Shown piece after piece: positions 39,681 through 48,047 of a DNA stretch of 49,593 nucleotides. Under the pieces are notes generated by a model. It had not been told where the DNA came from. It searched no databases and was given only the letters and a program-made list of their open reading frames with translations. The stretch is from a virus (taxonomy: Duplodnaviria; Caudoviricetes), in IMG/VR virus record IMGVR_UViG_3300025518_000002, positions 1 to 49,593 of that record; one strand, 5' to 3'. Every line of letters begins with the position of its first letter. Within the stretch, counting starts at the first letter, position 1. A program made the translations under genes and the position numbers.

Positions 39681-40133
39681 ATGTCTAAACCGAACAAATC
39701 GAAAAAGAGTAAAAAGAATAAACACTCTTCTAAACATTCAGCTTCAAAAGCTAACGCTAAATCAAAAGCTAAATCAAAGAAGATAGTTTATTCTGGTACT
39801 CCTGGACCTTCTGTTCGTAAAAAAGACAAGAACGATCATACATACTTTATAGATCGCGAAACAGGAAAACGAGTTAGTCGCAATAGATGGGAATTTGAAC
39901 GTCAACAGATACATAAAGTTAGAGATAAATCTAGACAAGAACGTAAAAAAGATCTAGACAAAATCAAACAACCTGTAGTTCAACATTTTCCTGAATACGT
40001 AGATCCTATTGGTGTACCTAAACGTAAAATCAATAAAGATTTTACATATGATTCAGATTACTTTGAAGGTGAATCGTTTGAAGTAGAAGATTTTGAACCT
40101 TTCGCTATCGAAGGCGAAGATGAAACAGGTTGA
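39681..40133 (+). CDS. Protein with basic N-terminus and acidic C-terminus
   Basis: K/S-rich start, E/D/F-rich end. Confidence 0.6.
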   Translation: MSKPNKSKKSKKNKHSSKHSASKANAKSKAKSKKIVYSGTPGPSVRKKDKNDHTYFIDRETGKRVSRNRWEFERQQIHKVRDKSRQERKKDLDKIKQPVVQHFPEYVDPIGVPKRKINKDFTYDSDYFEGESFEVEDFEPFAIEGEDETG

Positions 40134-40145
40134 TAGGATATAATA

Positions 40146-40481
40146 ATGAGCGATTTATACGATAAAGAAACAGCAATAGATGGTGAAGTTGATGGTGAAA
40201 AACTACCATCATACAATATTATTCGATCTTCTCAGATTGATAAAAATGTATTCAAACTATTTACAGAAGAGTTTGTTTACATAATGTCTTACTGTGATGA
40301 AGGTTGTCCAGATGAAAATAATGAAGTTAACCAAATTTATTGTGTAGATGTATATAGTTATAAAAATGCAAACATAGAACTAATTCGATCATACGACGAT
40401 CGTAAGAATCCTCACGCTCGTAAGGTTTTCTGGTACGCAATGCTTCTATCTGAAATCATAAATAAACAACTAATAGGATGA
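40146..40481 (+). CDS. Hypothetical protein
   Basis: 111-aa ORF. Confidence 0.55.
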   Translation: MSDLYDKETAIDGEVDGEKLPSYNIIRSSQIDKNVFKLFTEEFVYIMSYCDEGCPDENNEVNQIYCVDVYSYKNANIELIRSYDDRKNPHARKVFWYAMLLSEIINKQLIG

Positions 40482-40894
40482 ATACATTGGGAAACATTGG
40501 ACCTACAAAGCGTTCTGCTGATTTCAACGATTACGTTGAATTGGAATCTAAGCTCGCTAAAGCTGAATCAGAAATTGTACGTCTAAAAGACTACAATAAA
40601 AAGTTGTTAAATGTTCTACAATCAAAAGATACTCGTATCAATGATCTTGAATCTAACGATAGTGTAAATAGTCCAGATATTGTCATTGCAATTAATGACT
40701 ATGTTACTCTTCGTGATACAGCATCAAAGCTTCGTGAAGAGAATAATAAGAAGTCTGTAAACTTTAATACAACAGGCGAATCGGGTTCATATAATACTCC
40801 AGCAAACGTTATTGATGCAGGTTTGAATTGGACTAGAAAGTCTATTGAAATCTGCAATAAGCTTGCTAATAAGCTTGGATTGAAAAGCAAGTAA
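40478..40894 (+). CDS. Coiled-coil hypothetical protein
   Basis: 138-aa ORF. Confidence 0.55.
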   Translation: MNTLGNIGPTKRSADFNDYVELESKLAKAESEIVRLKDYNKKLLNVLQSKDTRINDLESNDSVNSPDIVIAINDYVTLRDTASKLREENNKKSVNFNTTGESGSYNTPANVIDAGLNWTRKSIEICNKLANKLGLKSK

Positions 40895-40896
40895 AA

Positions 40897-41232
40897 ATGT
40901 CCGCATCAAAGCTAAAGGTTCAATGGAAAGGAAGTATTGTATTAGGCGGACCTGCTAATGCAGAAGAACAGGCTCGTCAAGAGCTTGAAGAGCTATTATA
41001 CGGATATTTATCTCAATGCTATTACTTGGATGATTCTATGCGTGCTGCAAAGTACGCCGAAGTAATAGCATCAAAGATTCCTTATCAAATCAAAGGAAGA
41101 CAAATCATTACTTTTGTTAATATAGATGTCTTGTATCGTAACCCTCCTGGACCATATAAATGGTGGATTAGAGTAAGAACAGATAATAATGGCGTAATTA
41201 GTAATACAGTTAGACCTGGAACTAGATCGTAA
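40897..41232 (+). CDS. Hypothetical protein
   Basis: 111-aa ORF. Confidence 0.55.
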   Translation: MSASKLKVQWKGSIVLGGPANAEEQARQELEELLYGYLSQCYYLDDSMRAAKYAEVIASKIPYQIKGRQIITFVNIDVLYRNPPGPYKWWIRVRTDNNGVISNTVRPGTRS

Positions 41233-41267
41233 ATAGATCGTAATATAAGAACTAAGGAATACATCAA

Positions 41268-41555
41268 ATGTCATCTACTGTCGATATCTTTCTGCTTCAA
41301 AACGCTTGTAACCTCGCTAACAGGTTCGACGGATGTCAACTTCGTATCGACGCTCCAAACAATGATGAAGGTACTGAAGTTTGGACTCTTGATCTTGTAA
41401 ACGATGAAGGTGAATGCGAAGAATACGATGTTGTTATTAAAGATAAAGATCTAAACATCGCTCTTAATAAGTTTGTATCAAAGGCAAACAAAGAGATTGA
41501 TGAAGATCCAATGTCTTCGGATGATGAAGACGGTTTAGATGATGACGAAGATTGA
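41268..41555 (+). CDS. Acidic hypothetical protein
   Basis: 95 aa, D/E-rich; AAGGA SD. Confidence 0.6.
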   Translation: MSSTVDIFLLQNACNLANRFDGCQLRIDAPNNDEGTEVWTLDLVNDEGECEEYDVVIKDKDLNIALNKFVSKANKEIDEDPMSSDDEDGLDDDED

Positions 41556-41569
41556 TTAGTTGGTTACGT

Positions 41570-41603
41570 TGATGCTACTGCGATCACGTTCAATGTAGCA
41601 TCA
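41570..41603 (+). other. Intergenic hairpin
   Basis: TGATGCTAC / GTAGCATCA, no U tract. Confidence 0.5.
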
Positions 41604-41618
41604 CTGAGGTAATATATA

Positions 41619-42113
41619 ATGTCCAAACACTCTCCTTCAACAACATCACCTTCGCATAAACATGCATTCAAAAGCTCATTCTTTACAGAATCAGAACATT
41701 GGGATGCTCACGTAAAGGTAGATTACGATACTAAGGTCAATCCTATAAGCGTTAATAGGATTGCGAAGTTTATACATGAAACAATTAAAAAGAACGTTCA
41801 TGGAATTACTGGATATACAGTAAAGATTTTCACTACAGGAAAAGGCCATCATCTCCGTATATGGTGGATTCGTAAATCTCTATTACCTATTCCTGCTACA
41901 TCAATATTACGTTTTCAACGCGATCTAAACGACGATCCTATGCGTCAGAAGTTTAATCAAGCTAGGGTACGTCGCGGTGAACCGTATTGGAATGTTCTTT
42001 GGAATCTAAAAATCCGTAACGGAAAGATTGTATCCAAAGAAGAACGTTGTCAATCTTTAGAAACTGAAATAGAAAATAAATATTTGAATATTAAATATGA
42101 AAAATCTACCTGA
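41619..42113 (+). CDS. Minimal AEP (primase-polymerase)-like protein
   Basis: VKVDYD (motif I), TTGKGHHL (motif II), NDDPMR (motif III candidate). Confidence 0.5.
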   Translation: MSKHSPSTTSPSHKHAFKSSFFTESEHWDAHVKVDYDTKVNPISVNRIAKFIHETIKKNVHGITGYTVKIFTTGKGHHLRIWWIRKSLLPIPATSILRFQRDLNDDPMRQKFNQARVRRGEPYWNVLWNLKIRNGKIVSKEERCQSLETEIENKYLNIKYEKST

Positions 42114-42429
42114 CGGAATATATCCTGCTAAAGCGAAAAACGCCAAAATGACTAAAACGTCAGATGGCGTTAATTTCGTTGAAGTAGAATTAGATGTTAA
42201 TGGATATAGCATCCATTGGCGCTCACCATTAACAAAAGGTGGTACAAAGAAAACTTTCTTTTCACTACTAAAAATGGGCGCATCTATGGATGTAAATAAT
42301 CTAGATGAAGTAGAAGATCCACTTAAAGGTGTTGGATCAAAACAGTTTATGGTAGAGATTGTTAATATCGAATGTGAAGAAAATGAAGCTCCTGGAAGCT
42401 TCAAAACATTCGCTAAGGTTGTATTATGA
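42097..42429 (+). CDS. Second DUF669/SSB-like OB-fold protein
   Basis: LPDGIYPAK...WRSPLTKGGTKKTFFSLLKMG aligns by eye with WEGWLTEGAGKRTIQSMMYAG of 35713-36294. Confidence 0.55.
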   Translation: MKNLPDGIYPAKAKNAKMTKTSDGVNFVEVELDVNGYSIHWRSPLTKGGTKKTFFSLLKMGASMDVNNLDEVEDPLKGVGSKQFMVEIVNIECEENEAPGSFKTFAKVVL

Positions 42430-42706
42430 GCGGAATAAAGATTCAATAAAAAACGAATCAATTAAAGCTGTTTTAGGGATAGATGATTATTCATTAGCTA
42501 AACGTGGTCACGAATTAGGTAAACAGATGATGGATAGAGTTTGCGTTTGCGGACATCAATGCAGAGAACATAACTTTATACCTCATACAGAAAAAACAAT
42601 ACAAATTACAACATCTCCTGTTCGTAACGAGGTTCTTAATATACCTATTAGTAGAACGACTGAGTTGCACGATAATTACTGTCAATGTCAAGAATGTCAA
42701 AAGTAA
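42426..42706 (+). CDS. Cys/His-rich hypothetical protein
   Basis: CVCGHQCREH...CQCQEC; start uncertain. Confidence 0.4.
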
Positions 42707-42707
42707 A

Positions 42708-42923
42708 ATGATCCTTAGAGGTGAATCTTTGGGAAGAATAGAATTTGATATTCTGTTTGAGTATATAACTGATAATGATGGAGATTTTGTTCGTTGTGTA
42801 GTATACAGCATTCCATCATACGACTATGTTGTAGGCGATTGGATGCGTGATAGAAATAAAGCATTCAAAAATGCAATGATGTTAGTTTTGAACGATAAAA
42901 AAGTTCTAAATACTATTCACTGA
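42708..42923 (+). CDS. Hypothetical protein
   Basis: 71-aa ORF. Confidence 0.5.
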   Translation: MILRGESLGRIEFDILFEYITDNDGDFVRCVVYSIPSYDYVVGDWMRDRNKAFKNAMMLVLNDKKVLNTIH

Positions 42924-42936
42924 AAACGAGAGTAAA

Positions 42937-43392
42937 ATGTCCGAAACTAAATTGTCTGACTTTTGTTGTGGTTCATTATCATTAAACGACTGGACTGAAA
43001 AATGTACATCTACAGCCAAAGAAAAAGGTTGGGGATGGAATGACGGTGAATCAATAGATCCAACTTTTCTATCCGCTCAACTAATGCTTGTTGTAACAGA
43101 AGCTGCTGAAGGTTGCGAAGATCTTCGTAAAGGGTATATCAAAACAATGTACCTTGAAAAAGCTTTTTCATTGGATGGAAAGCTTAGTACTGAAAATATC
43201 CATACAGAACAAAAATACATTGATGGAATTCCGCAATACAAGCCAATTGGTTTTCCATCAGAAATTGCAGATATCTTGATTCGTATTTTTCACATCGCAG
43301 GCGAATGTGGTATTGATTTGTTGAAAGAGGTTAAAGATAAAGATCTATACAACAATACACGTTCATTTCGTCATGGTAATAAGAAGTTATGA
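42937..43392 (+). CDS. MazG-like NTP pyrophosphohydrolase
   Basis: LMLVVTEAAEGCEDLRKG...SEIADILIRIFH...YNNTRSFRHGNK. Confidence 0.85.
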   Translation: MSETKLSDFCCGSLSLNDWTEKCTSTAKEKGWGWNDGESIDPTFLSAQLMLVVTEAAEGCEDLRKGYIKTMYLEKAFSLDGKLSTENIHTEQKYIDGIPQYKPIGFPSEIADILIRIFHIAGECGIDLLKEVKDKDLYNNTRSFRHGNKKL

Positions 43393-43598
43393 AAAATGAT
43401 CCGTTTGAAAACATTATTTCTGAATGGATAAAATCAACAAAACTAACAATTACAACTGATAATATATTAAAGGATGCATTGAAACTAAAACTAAATGAAT
43501 TCAACTTATCAAACAGAATGAGAGTACATTCTGTAATGAGTAAATTAGGATTTACTGCTGGAAAAATTAATAACGTCCGTATGTGGATTAAAAAATGA
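43389..43598 (+). CDS. Stand-alone homolog of the VapE C-terminal winged-helix domain
   Basis: DPFENIISEWI...TTDNILKDALKLK...RMRVHSVM versus VapE DSWEEDISNWL...TVSEILWYALKIK...QMRVAEIL. Confidence 0.65.
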   Translation: MKNDPFENIISEWIKSTKLTITTDNILKDALKLKLNEFNLSNRMRVHSVMSKLGFTAGKINNVRMWIKK

Positions 43599-44050
43599 AA
43601 TTCTATATCGCTACCAAACTAGAAAACCACAAACAACACAACATTGTTCGTGACATCCTTGTAAATGACTACAACTATCAAATTACATACGATTGGACTA
43701 TTCATGGACCAGTTTGGTCAAAAGGTGTTAGTGAAATCAAACGCGTTCAGCAGTTAGAAATCAACGGAGTAAGAGACGCGGACGTAGTTATCGTTCTATC
43801 TAATTGTCCAGATAAGAACATTCCTACAGGTCTCGGAACGCACGTAGAATTAGGTCTTGCTATTGCATACGAAAAGGATATTTACATCGTAGGTAATAGA
43901 GATATTATTTCTGGAGCTTGCACTGATACGTGTGCATTTTATCACAACAGTTTAGTTAATGCATTTGAAACTTACGAAAGTGCTATTTACCATATCTATA
44001 GAAAGTATTATGGATCAAAAATAGATCAAGAATGGCCAAATAGATTTTAA
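43595..44050 (+). CDS. Nucleoside 2-deoxyribosyltransferase-like protein
   Basis: KFYIA...ITYDWT...EINGVRDADVVI...GTHVELGLAIA. Confidence 0.8.
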   Translation: MKFYIATKLENHKQHNIVRDILVNDYNYQITYDWTIHGPVWSKGVSEIKRVQQLEINGVRDADVVIVLSNCPDKNIPTGLGTHVELGLAIAYEKDIYIVGNRDIISGACTDTCAFYHNSLVNAFETYESAIYHIYRKYYGSKIDQEWPNRF

Positions 44051-44066
44051 TGTCCGGTGGATTACA

Positions 44067-44354
44067 ATGTCCGACAACTCATCAACATTATCAAACAAAG
44101 ACTTCAACAGGTTTATAAACGATCGTAATGCAAAAGACGAAAACGATCTATTGGTTGAAGTAGATAAGGCTGGTCCATTAGGTTACAAGCTACCTAATAC
44201 TGGACATCCTGATTGCATCAGGTTTTTATTAGCTTCATATCGTCTATGTTCTAACAGTGATATGTTCGGTAGAAACATTGGTTTAATTTTACAAGAGCGC
44301 GAACCTTATGTCTTGGTTAGGAAAACTAATAAAGACAATAGTAAAGAAACCTAA
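44067..44354 (+). CDS. Hypothetical protein
   Basis: 95-aa ORF. Confidence 0.5.
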   Translation: MSDNSSTLSNKDFNRFINDRNAKDENDLLVEVDKAGPLGYKLPNTGHPDCIRFLLASYRLCSNSDMFGRNIGLILQEREPYVLVRKTNKDNSKET

Positions 44355-44355
44355 A

Positions 44356-44571
44356 ATGAAGTACAATATCACACTAATAGATAAACGTGGAAACACTGTT
44401 TTAAAAACAGAAGAATCGTTTGATATTGTACCTATAGTTTTGAAACATAAACATTTATACTACGTACTACCATTCGGAGAATTAACGTCTGAATATAGAA
44501 AAAAGATAGCATCTGAAAGATTGGATTACACATACAAAGAAACTGACATTCATTGGTTAAATCATGGCTAG
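44356..44571 (+). CDS. Hypothetical protein
   Basis: ORF from MKYNIT. Confidence 0.5.
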   Translation: MKYNITLIDKRGNTVLKTEESFDIVPIVLKHKHLYYVLPFGELTSEYRKKIASERLDYTYKETDIHWLNHG

Positions 44572-44736
44572 ACTAAAAGGTTCTAAATATTGCAATTTCA
44601 GATACAGAAAAGATTGGTGTATTCAACCATGGACATTACTTTGTAGTCCTATTTCTATATACATTAATGCTTTTGAAAATCCAGAAGAATACGCTTGTCT
44701 TCAACCTTTTAGTATTACAACTCATATACTAAATAC

Positions 44737-45087
44737 ATGTCCAACTACATCGAACAAATGCTTTGTATCTCAGTCCGTATTGCATTAATGGGCGATACGA
44801 ACCGTAAATATTGTTTAGGTGCAGTTGCGAAACGTACAGATGGAGCTTTAGTGTATGCATACAATGGACGACCATTAAACGTTCATGCTCCATCTCACGC
44901 TGAATTTAGATTGAGTAAGAAACTAGATTCGTCTCGTACAGTTTTCGTATCTAGAGTTAATCGTAATACTGGCACTATTGCTTTAGCTAAGCCTTGCCAA
45001 TCTTGTCAGATTGCATTGAAAAGCAAGTATGTTGAAAAAGTGATATACAGCATTACTGAGAAAGAATATGGAGTGTTATTTCTATGA
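44737..45087 (+). CDS. Cytidine/dCMP deaminase-fold protein
   Basis: SHAE...AKPCQSC zinc-deaminase motifs. Confidence 0.82.
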   Translation: MSNYIEQMLCISVRIALMGDTNRKYCLGAVAKRTDGALVYAYNGRPLNVHAPSHAEFRLSKKLDSSRTVFVSRVNRNTGTIALAKPCQSCQIALKSKYVEKVIYSITEKEYGVLFL

Positions 45088-45470
45088 ATAATGTAAAAGA
45101 ATACGTTGGTATCGTTAAAGTTGATAGACCTATAATTTGTACTGTCAACGTAACTAAAAATCTTCCAGGAGAATCATCTCTTATAAAATTTAACATTTAT
45201 GAGATGATGTTACATGGATGTAAACACGCAGGACTGAATATTAAATCAATTAATGATCAAATGTATAAAAATACAATACGTGAACTTGCATCATTTATAA
45301 AAGTTACTAATATAGTACATGATAGATTTGATTATGGAATAAACACAAATCTATACATTTTATCTCAAATTGAATTTGAATCAATTGTATCAAGCCAGTT
45401 TAGCTTTTTAATGACAACAAAAGAAGGTTTTGAAAGTATGGTTCTTGAATTTACAGAGATTGAAAAATGA
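45084..45470 (+). CDS. Hypothetical protein
   Basis: 128-aa ORF. Confidence 0.5.
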   Translation: MNNVKEYVGIVKVDRPIICTVNVTKNLPGESSLIKFNIYEMMLHGCKHAGLNIKSINDQMYKNTIRELASFIKVTNIVHDRFDYGINTNLYILSQIEFESIVSSQFSFLMTTKEGFESMVLEFTEIEK

Positions 45471-45967
45471 ACAAATCATGGATCTGGAAATCTATCGCTG
45501 GACTTATATATCTAGTATTTGCGATATCATATGCTAGAATATGTAAGAAGCGTACTGAAAACATAATCATGATGAAGTTGCGTGATCAAGAAATTGAAGT
45601 TCAATTATTCGCTTACGGATCAATATTATTCTTCAGTACATTTTGGTTTATATCGTATATTTACGATGTATATCAAAACAAAAAAAACTTTAATACTTCT
45701 AACAAATTTGATAAGTCCGACTACGACATTATTGATGCTGAATTTCAACGCATCGAAAAAGATTTTGAAACTATGTATAAACGTATTTTGAATTGCGAAT
45801 CAAAATTAAATATTGATGAAAAAAAATATGATGAATACGATCCAGATCCAAATTTAGAAGACATATGCGATCATAAAGATTGCGATGGATCTACAGTTGG
45901 TGTTTTTTACGAACGTAAAAACGAACCAACAGATTGCGTTCGATGCGATAAACATAAAGACTCATGA
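45467..45967 (+). CDS. Two-TM membrane protein with coiled coil and C-terminal Cys cluster
   Basis: Two hydrophobic segments; CDHKDC...CVRC. Confidence 0.55.
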   Translation: MNKSWIWKSIAGLIYLVFAISYARICKKRTENIIMMKLRDQEIEVQLFAYGSILFFSTFWFISYIYDVYQNKKNFNTSNKFDKSDYDIIDAEFQRIEKDFETMYKRILNCESKLNIDEKKYDEYDPDPNLEDICDHKDCDGSTVGVFYERKNEPTDCVRCDKHKDS

Positions 45968-46023
45968 CATATATCATACTATCTACCATTGAAATCGGCT
46001 AAGCTATTAATGAGGAGGTCTCA

Positions 46024-46068
46024 ATGAAATCAAATCGCCCTAAGCCACGTCCATGTCCAAGCTGCTAA
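46024..46068 (+). CDS. 14-aa micropeptide MKSNRPKPRPCPSC
   Basis: GAGGAGG SD just upstream; terminal CxxC. Confidence 0.45.
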   Translation: MKSNRPKPRPCPSC

Positions 46069-46113
46069 TTAACAATCTGCTAATAATCTAAACACATTCA
46101 AAAATATACATAA

Positions 46114-46446
46114 ATGTCAAATATATCCGTATCGGCTCAAATATTCATTTGGATTACGACTACATACGGTATATCCGTAGTAGTATCGCAATCGAAGATA
46201 TTTGAGCCGATACGTTCGTTTATGTATAAACGTATATCTACCTTTTTAGGAGATATGCTTAAATGTATAATGTGCTTTGGATTTTGGGTAGGATTAGTAA
46301 TGTCCTTAGTTTTACAACTAGGACCTAACAATCTGCACACGAATAGATTATATCGAATTGTACTAGATGGATTTGCAACATCCGGGATTGTATGGATTAT
46401 ACATGTTGTACTTTTTAGGTTGCGCGACGAAAACTGCGAAAAGTAG
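46114..46446 (+). CDS. DUF1360-like membrane protein
   Basis: SKIFEPIR...LKCIMCFGFWVG, three TM segments. Confidence 0.7.
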   Translation: MSNISVSAQIFIWITTTYGISVVVSQSKIFEPIRSFMYKRISTFLGDMLKCIMCFGFWVGLVMSLVLQLGPNNLHTNRLYRIVLDGFATSGIVWIIHVVLFRLRDENCEK

Positions 46447-47187
46447 GACGTCAAGTTCTTTTTTTCACTTACAAGGCTCGTGCCAAAGGTTGACTTTCAA
46501 GGTTCGTACCAGAAAGGCAACCTTCAACTTTTGTGCCACCTACAAAACCTACAAACGGTTACTTGTAGCAGAAAAGGTACCTGTAGAACAAGGTAAGTAA
46601 AAACCTTACACGTACGAAACTGTAAAGAAAAACCTCACACCGTACGCCACTGTACCTCTTTGTAGGTAACAGTAAGTCCTTGTAGGTAACTGTAGGTTAA
46701 GGTGTTTGGTACGTTTCCTTCAAAGTAGGTTTTCTGGCACGTTTCTTGAAGCACCTACACTGTAGGTAACAAGGTCCGTGCGCGCACGCGTAGCAGAAAC
46801 CGTGCCAAACCTTACACTAGCAAAACCGGTGCCAAAACCTCGAGTTTTTTCTACAGCAAGGTCCGTGCCAAAATTAAAACCTTGCAGAAACCTGCTAAAA
46901 ACGTAAACTGTAACTTAACCAGACGCTTTCGTACCTTTTCGTGACGCGTTTTTCTCGGTGTTTTTCAACCTAGTGTCACAAAGCGTGACGTTTTCTAGGT
47001 TTCGCAAAACAGGACTAGTGGAAAACGGCCGCTTTCTGGCACTGTAGGTTTTGGCACAGCGTCTGCACTAGCTCTAGGTACGAACGCACCTAGCGAAAAA
47101 GGTTGGCACGAAAAAAAGTCTGTAGTGAAGGACTTGCGAAAGCCAAAAGAGTAACTAAGCTAGGTGGACGAACGGAGGTTTTCGCGA
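46405..47187. promoter_or_regulatory. ApT-free, largely non-coding island with clustered sigma-54 boxes and TGTAGGT repeats
   Basis: One ApT (46873-74) and no CCC/GGG in ~780 bp; nine TGGCAC motifs, four with intact GG-N10-GC. Confidence 0.8.
47134..47161 (+). promoter_or_regulatory. Sigma-70-like promoter, copy 1
   Basis: TTGCGA-16-TAAGCT; CTTGCGAAAGCCA is repeated at 48358. Confidence 0.5.
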
Positions 47188-47469
47188 ATGGAAAACGAAA
47201 AAAGCTTTTGCGCTGAAAAATGGATGGACGAGTCGTACGGTTGTAATAAACCGCACTCGAAAATCACTGAAACTCAGAAAAAGCAAATTCGGTACCTAGA
47301 AAATCAAAACGACCTAGAGATTTTGCGCGGAATGTGGGGTCGAAGTTTTGAATGTTCTTGTAAAACTTGCGGAACAAGTAAACATTTTGGAGCAGCAGAT
47401 AATGCTCGAAAATGGCTTGAATATGGACACGCTGGACATCGAACGTGGATTGATACTCTAAACAGGTAA
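47188..47469 (+). CDS. Small Zn-finger-like hypothetical protein
   Basis: GGAGG at 47174, ATG 47188; CKTCG...HAGH. Confidence 0.65.
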   Translation: MENEKSFCAEKWMDESYGCNKPHSKITETQKKQIRYLENQNDLEILRGMWGRSFECSCKTCGTSKHFGAADNARKWLEYGHAGHRTWIDTLNR

Positions 47470-47470
47470 A

Positions 47471-47524
47471 AGCCGAAACGCACTAATAGTGCGTCCGTAC
47501 GTAAAAGCGTACGCTGATGAGGCT
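47471..47524 (+). ncRNA. Hammerhead ribozyme, type II (HH1)
   Basis: AGCC-GAAA-CGCAC/GTGCG-TC-CGTACG/CGTACG-CTGATGA-GGCT; predicted cleavage after 47495 (GUC). Confidence 0.92.
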
Positions 47525-47528
47525 AAAA

Positions 47529-47735
47529 ATGGAAACTAAAGAAATTGAATCTACACTTCGTCAAATCGGACCAATCGACGAATGTTCATTTCGATATGAT
47601 GAATCTACTAAAACGTACATAGTAAAGATTAAAAATGAAAACGGATTTGTAACCGGAGAATCATCGAGATTGTTGGATGCAATGATTTATGCGATGGAAG
47701 AATATAGAAATCTTCAAGACGAACCTAGAACCTAG
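47529..47735 (+). CDS. Small hypothetical protein between HH1 and HH2
   Basis: METKEIE...; SD-like GAGG lies in the ribozyme 3' end. Confidence 0.6.
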   Translation: METKEIESTLRQIGPIDECSFRYDESTKTYIVKIKNENGFVTGESSRLLDAMIYAMEEYRNLQDEPRT

Positions 47736-47768
47736 AACGCCACAGGATCTAAAAACGATTGGTACTAA

Positions 47769-47824
47769 GGTCGAAACGAACCATAATAGGTTCGTACGTA
47801 CGTAAAGCGTACGCTGATGAGACC
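47769..47824 (+). ncRNA. Hammerhead ribozyme, type II (HH2)
   Basis: GGTC-GAAA-CGAACC/GGTTCG-TA-CGTACG/CGTACG-CTGATGA-GACC; predicted cleavage after 47796 (GUA); stems covary with HH1. Confidence 0.92.
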
Positions 47825-47850
47825 AAGATTTATAAAGGGTATTGATCAAA

Positions 47851-48039
47851 ATGGCAAACGAAAACGTCGAAATGATCGATAACTGTATCGACGCAACACT
47901 CGAAGGAATCAAAGGGTTGCTTTTGATCGAATGGTACGCAAAGGATAACGATACGTGCAAATTGGCGAAGGAATCGCTTCGTAGGATCGCCGAAATGAAC
48001 GATCGATTCGCTCAAATGATCGAATCATGCAGGAAATAG
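47851..48039 (+). CDS. Small helical hypothetical protein between HH2 and HH3
   Basis: MANENVEM... 62 aa. Confidence 0.6.
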   Translation: MANENVEMIDNCIDATLEGIKGLLLIEWYAKDNDTCKLAKESLRRIAEMNDRFAQMIESCRK

Positions 48040-48047
48040 CTTCCGTG

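Noticed and set aside
46367-46600. 77-aa ORF entering the ApT-free island
   Set aside because: Overlaps the DUF1360-like gene out of frame, has no SD, and crosses repeat motifs.
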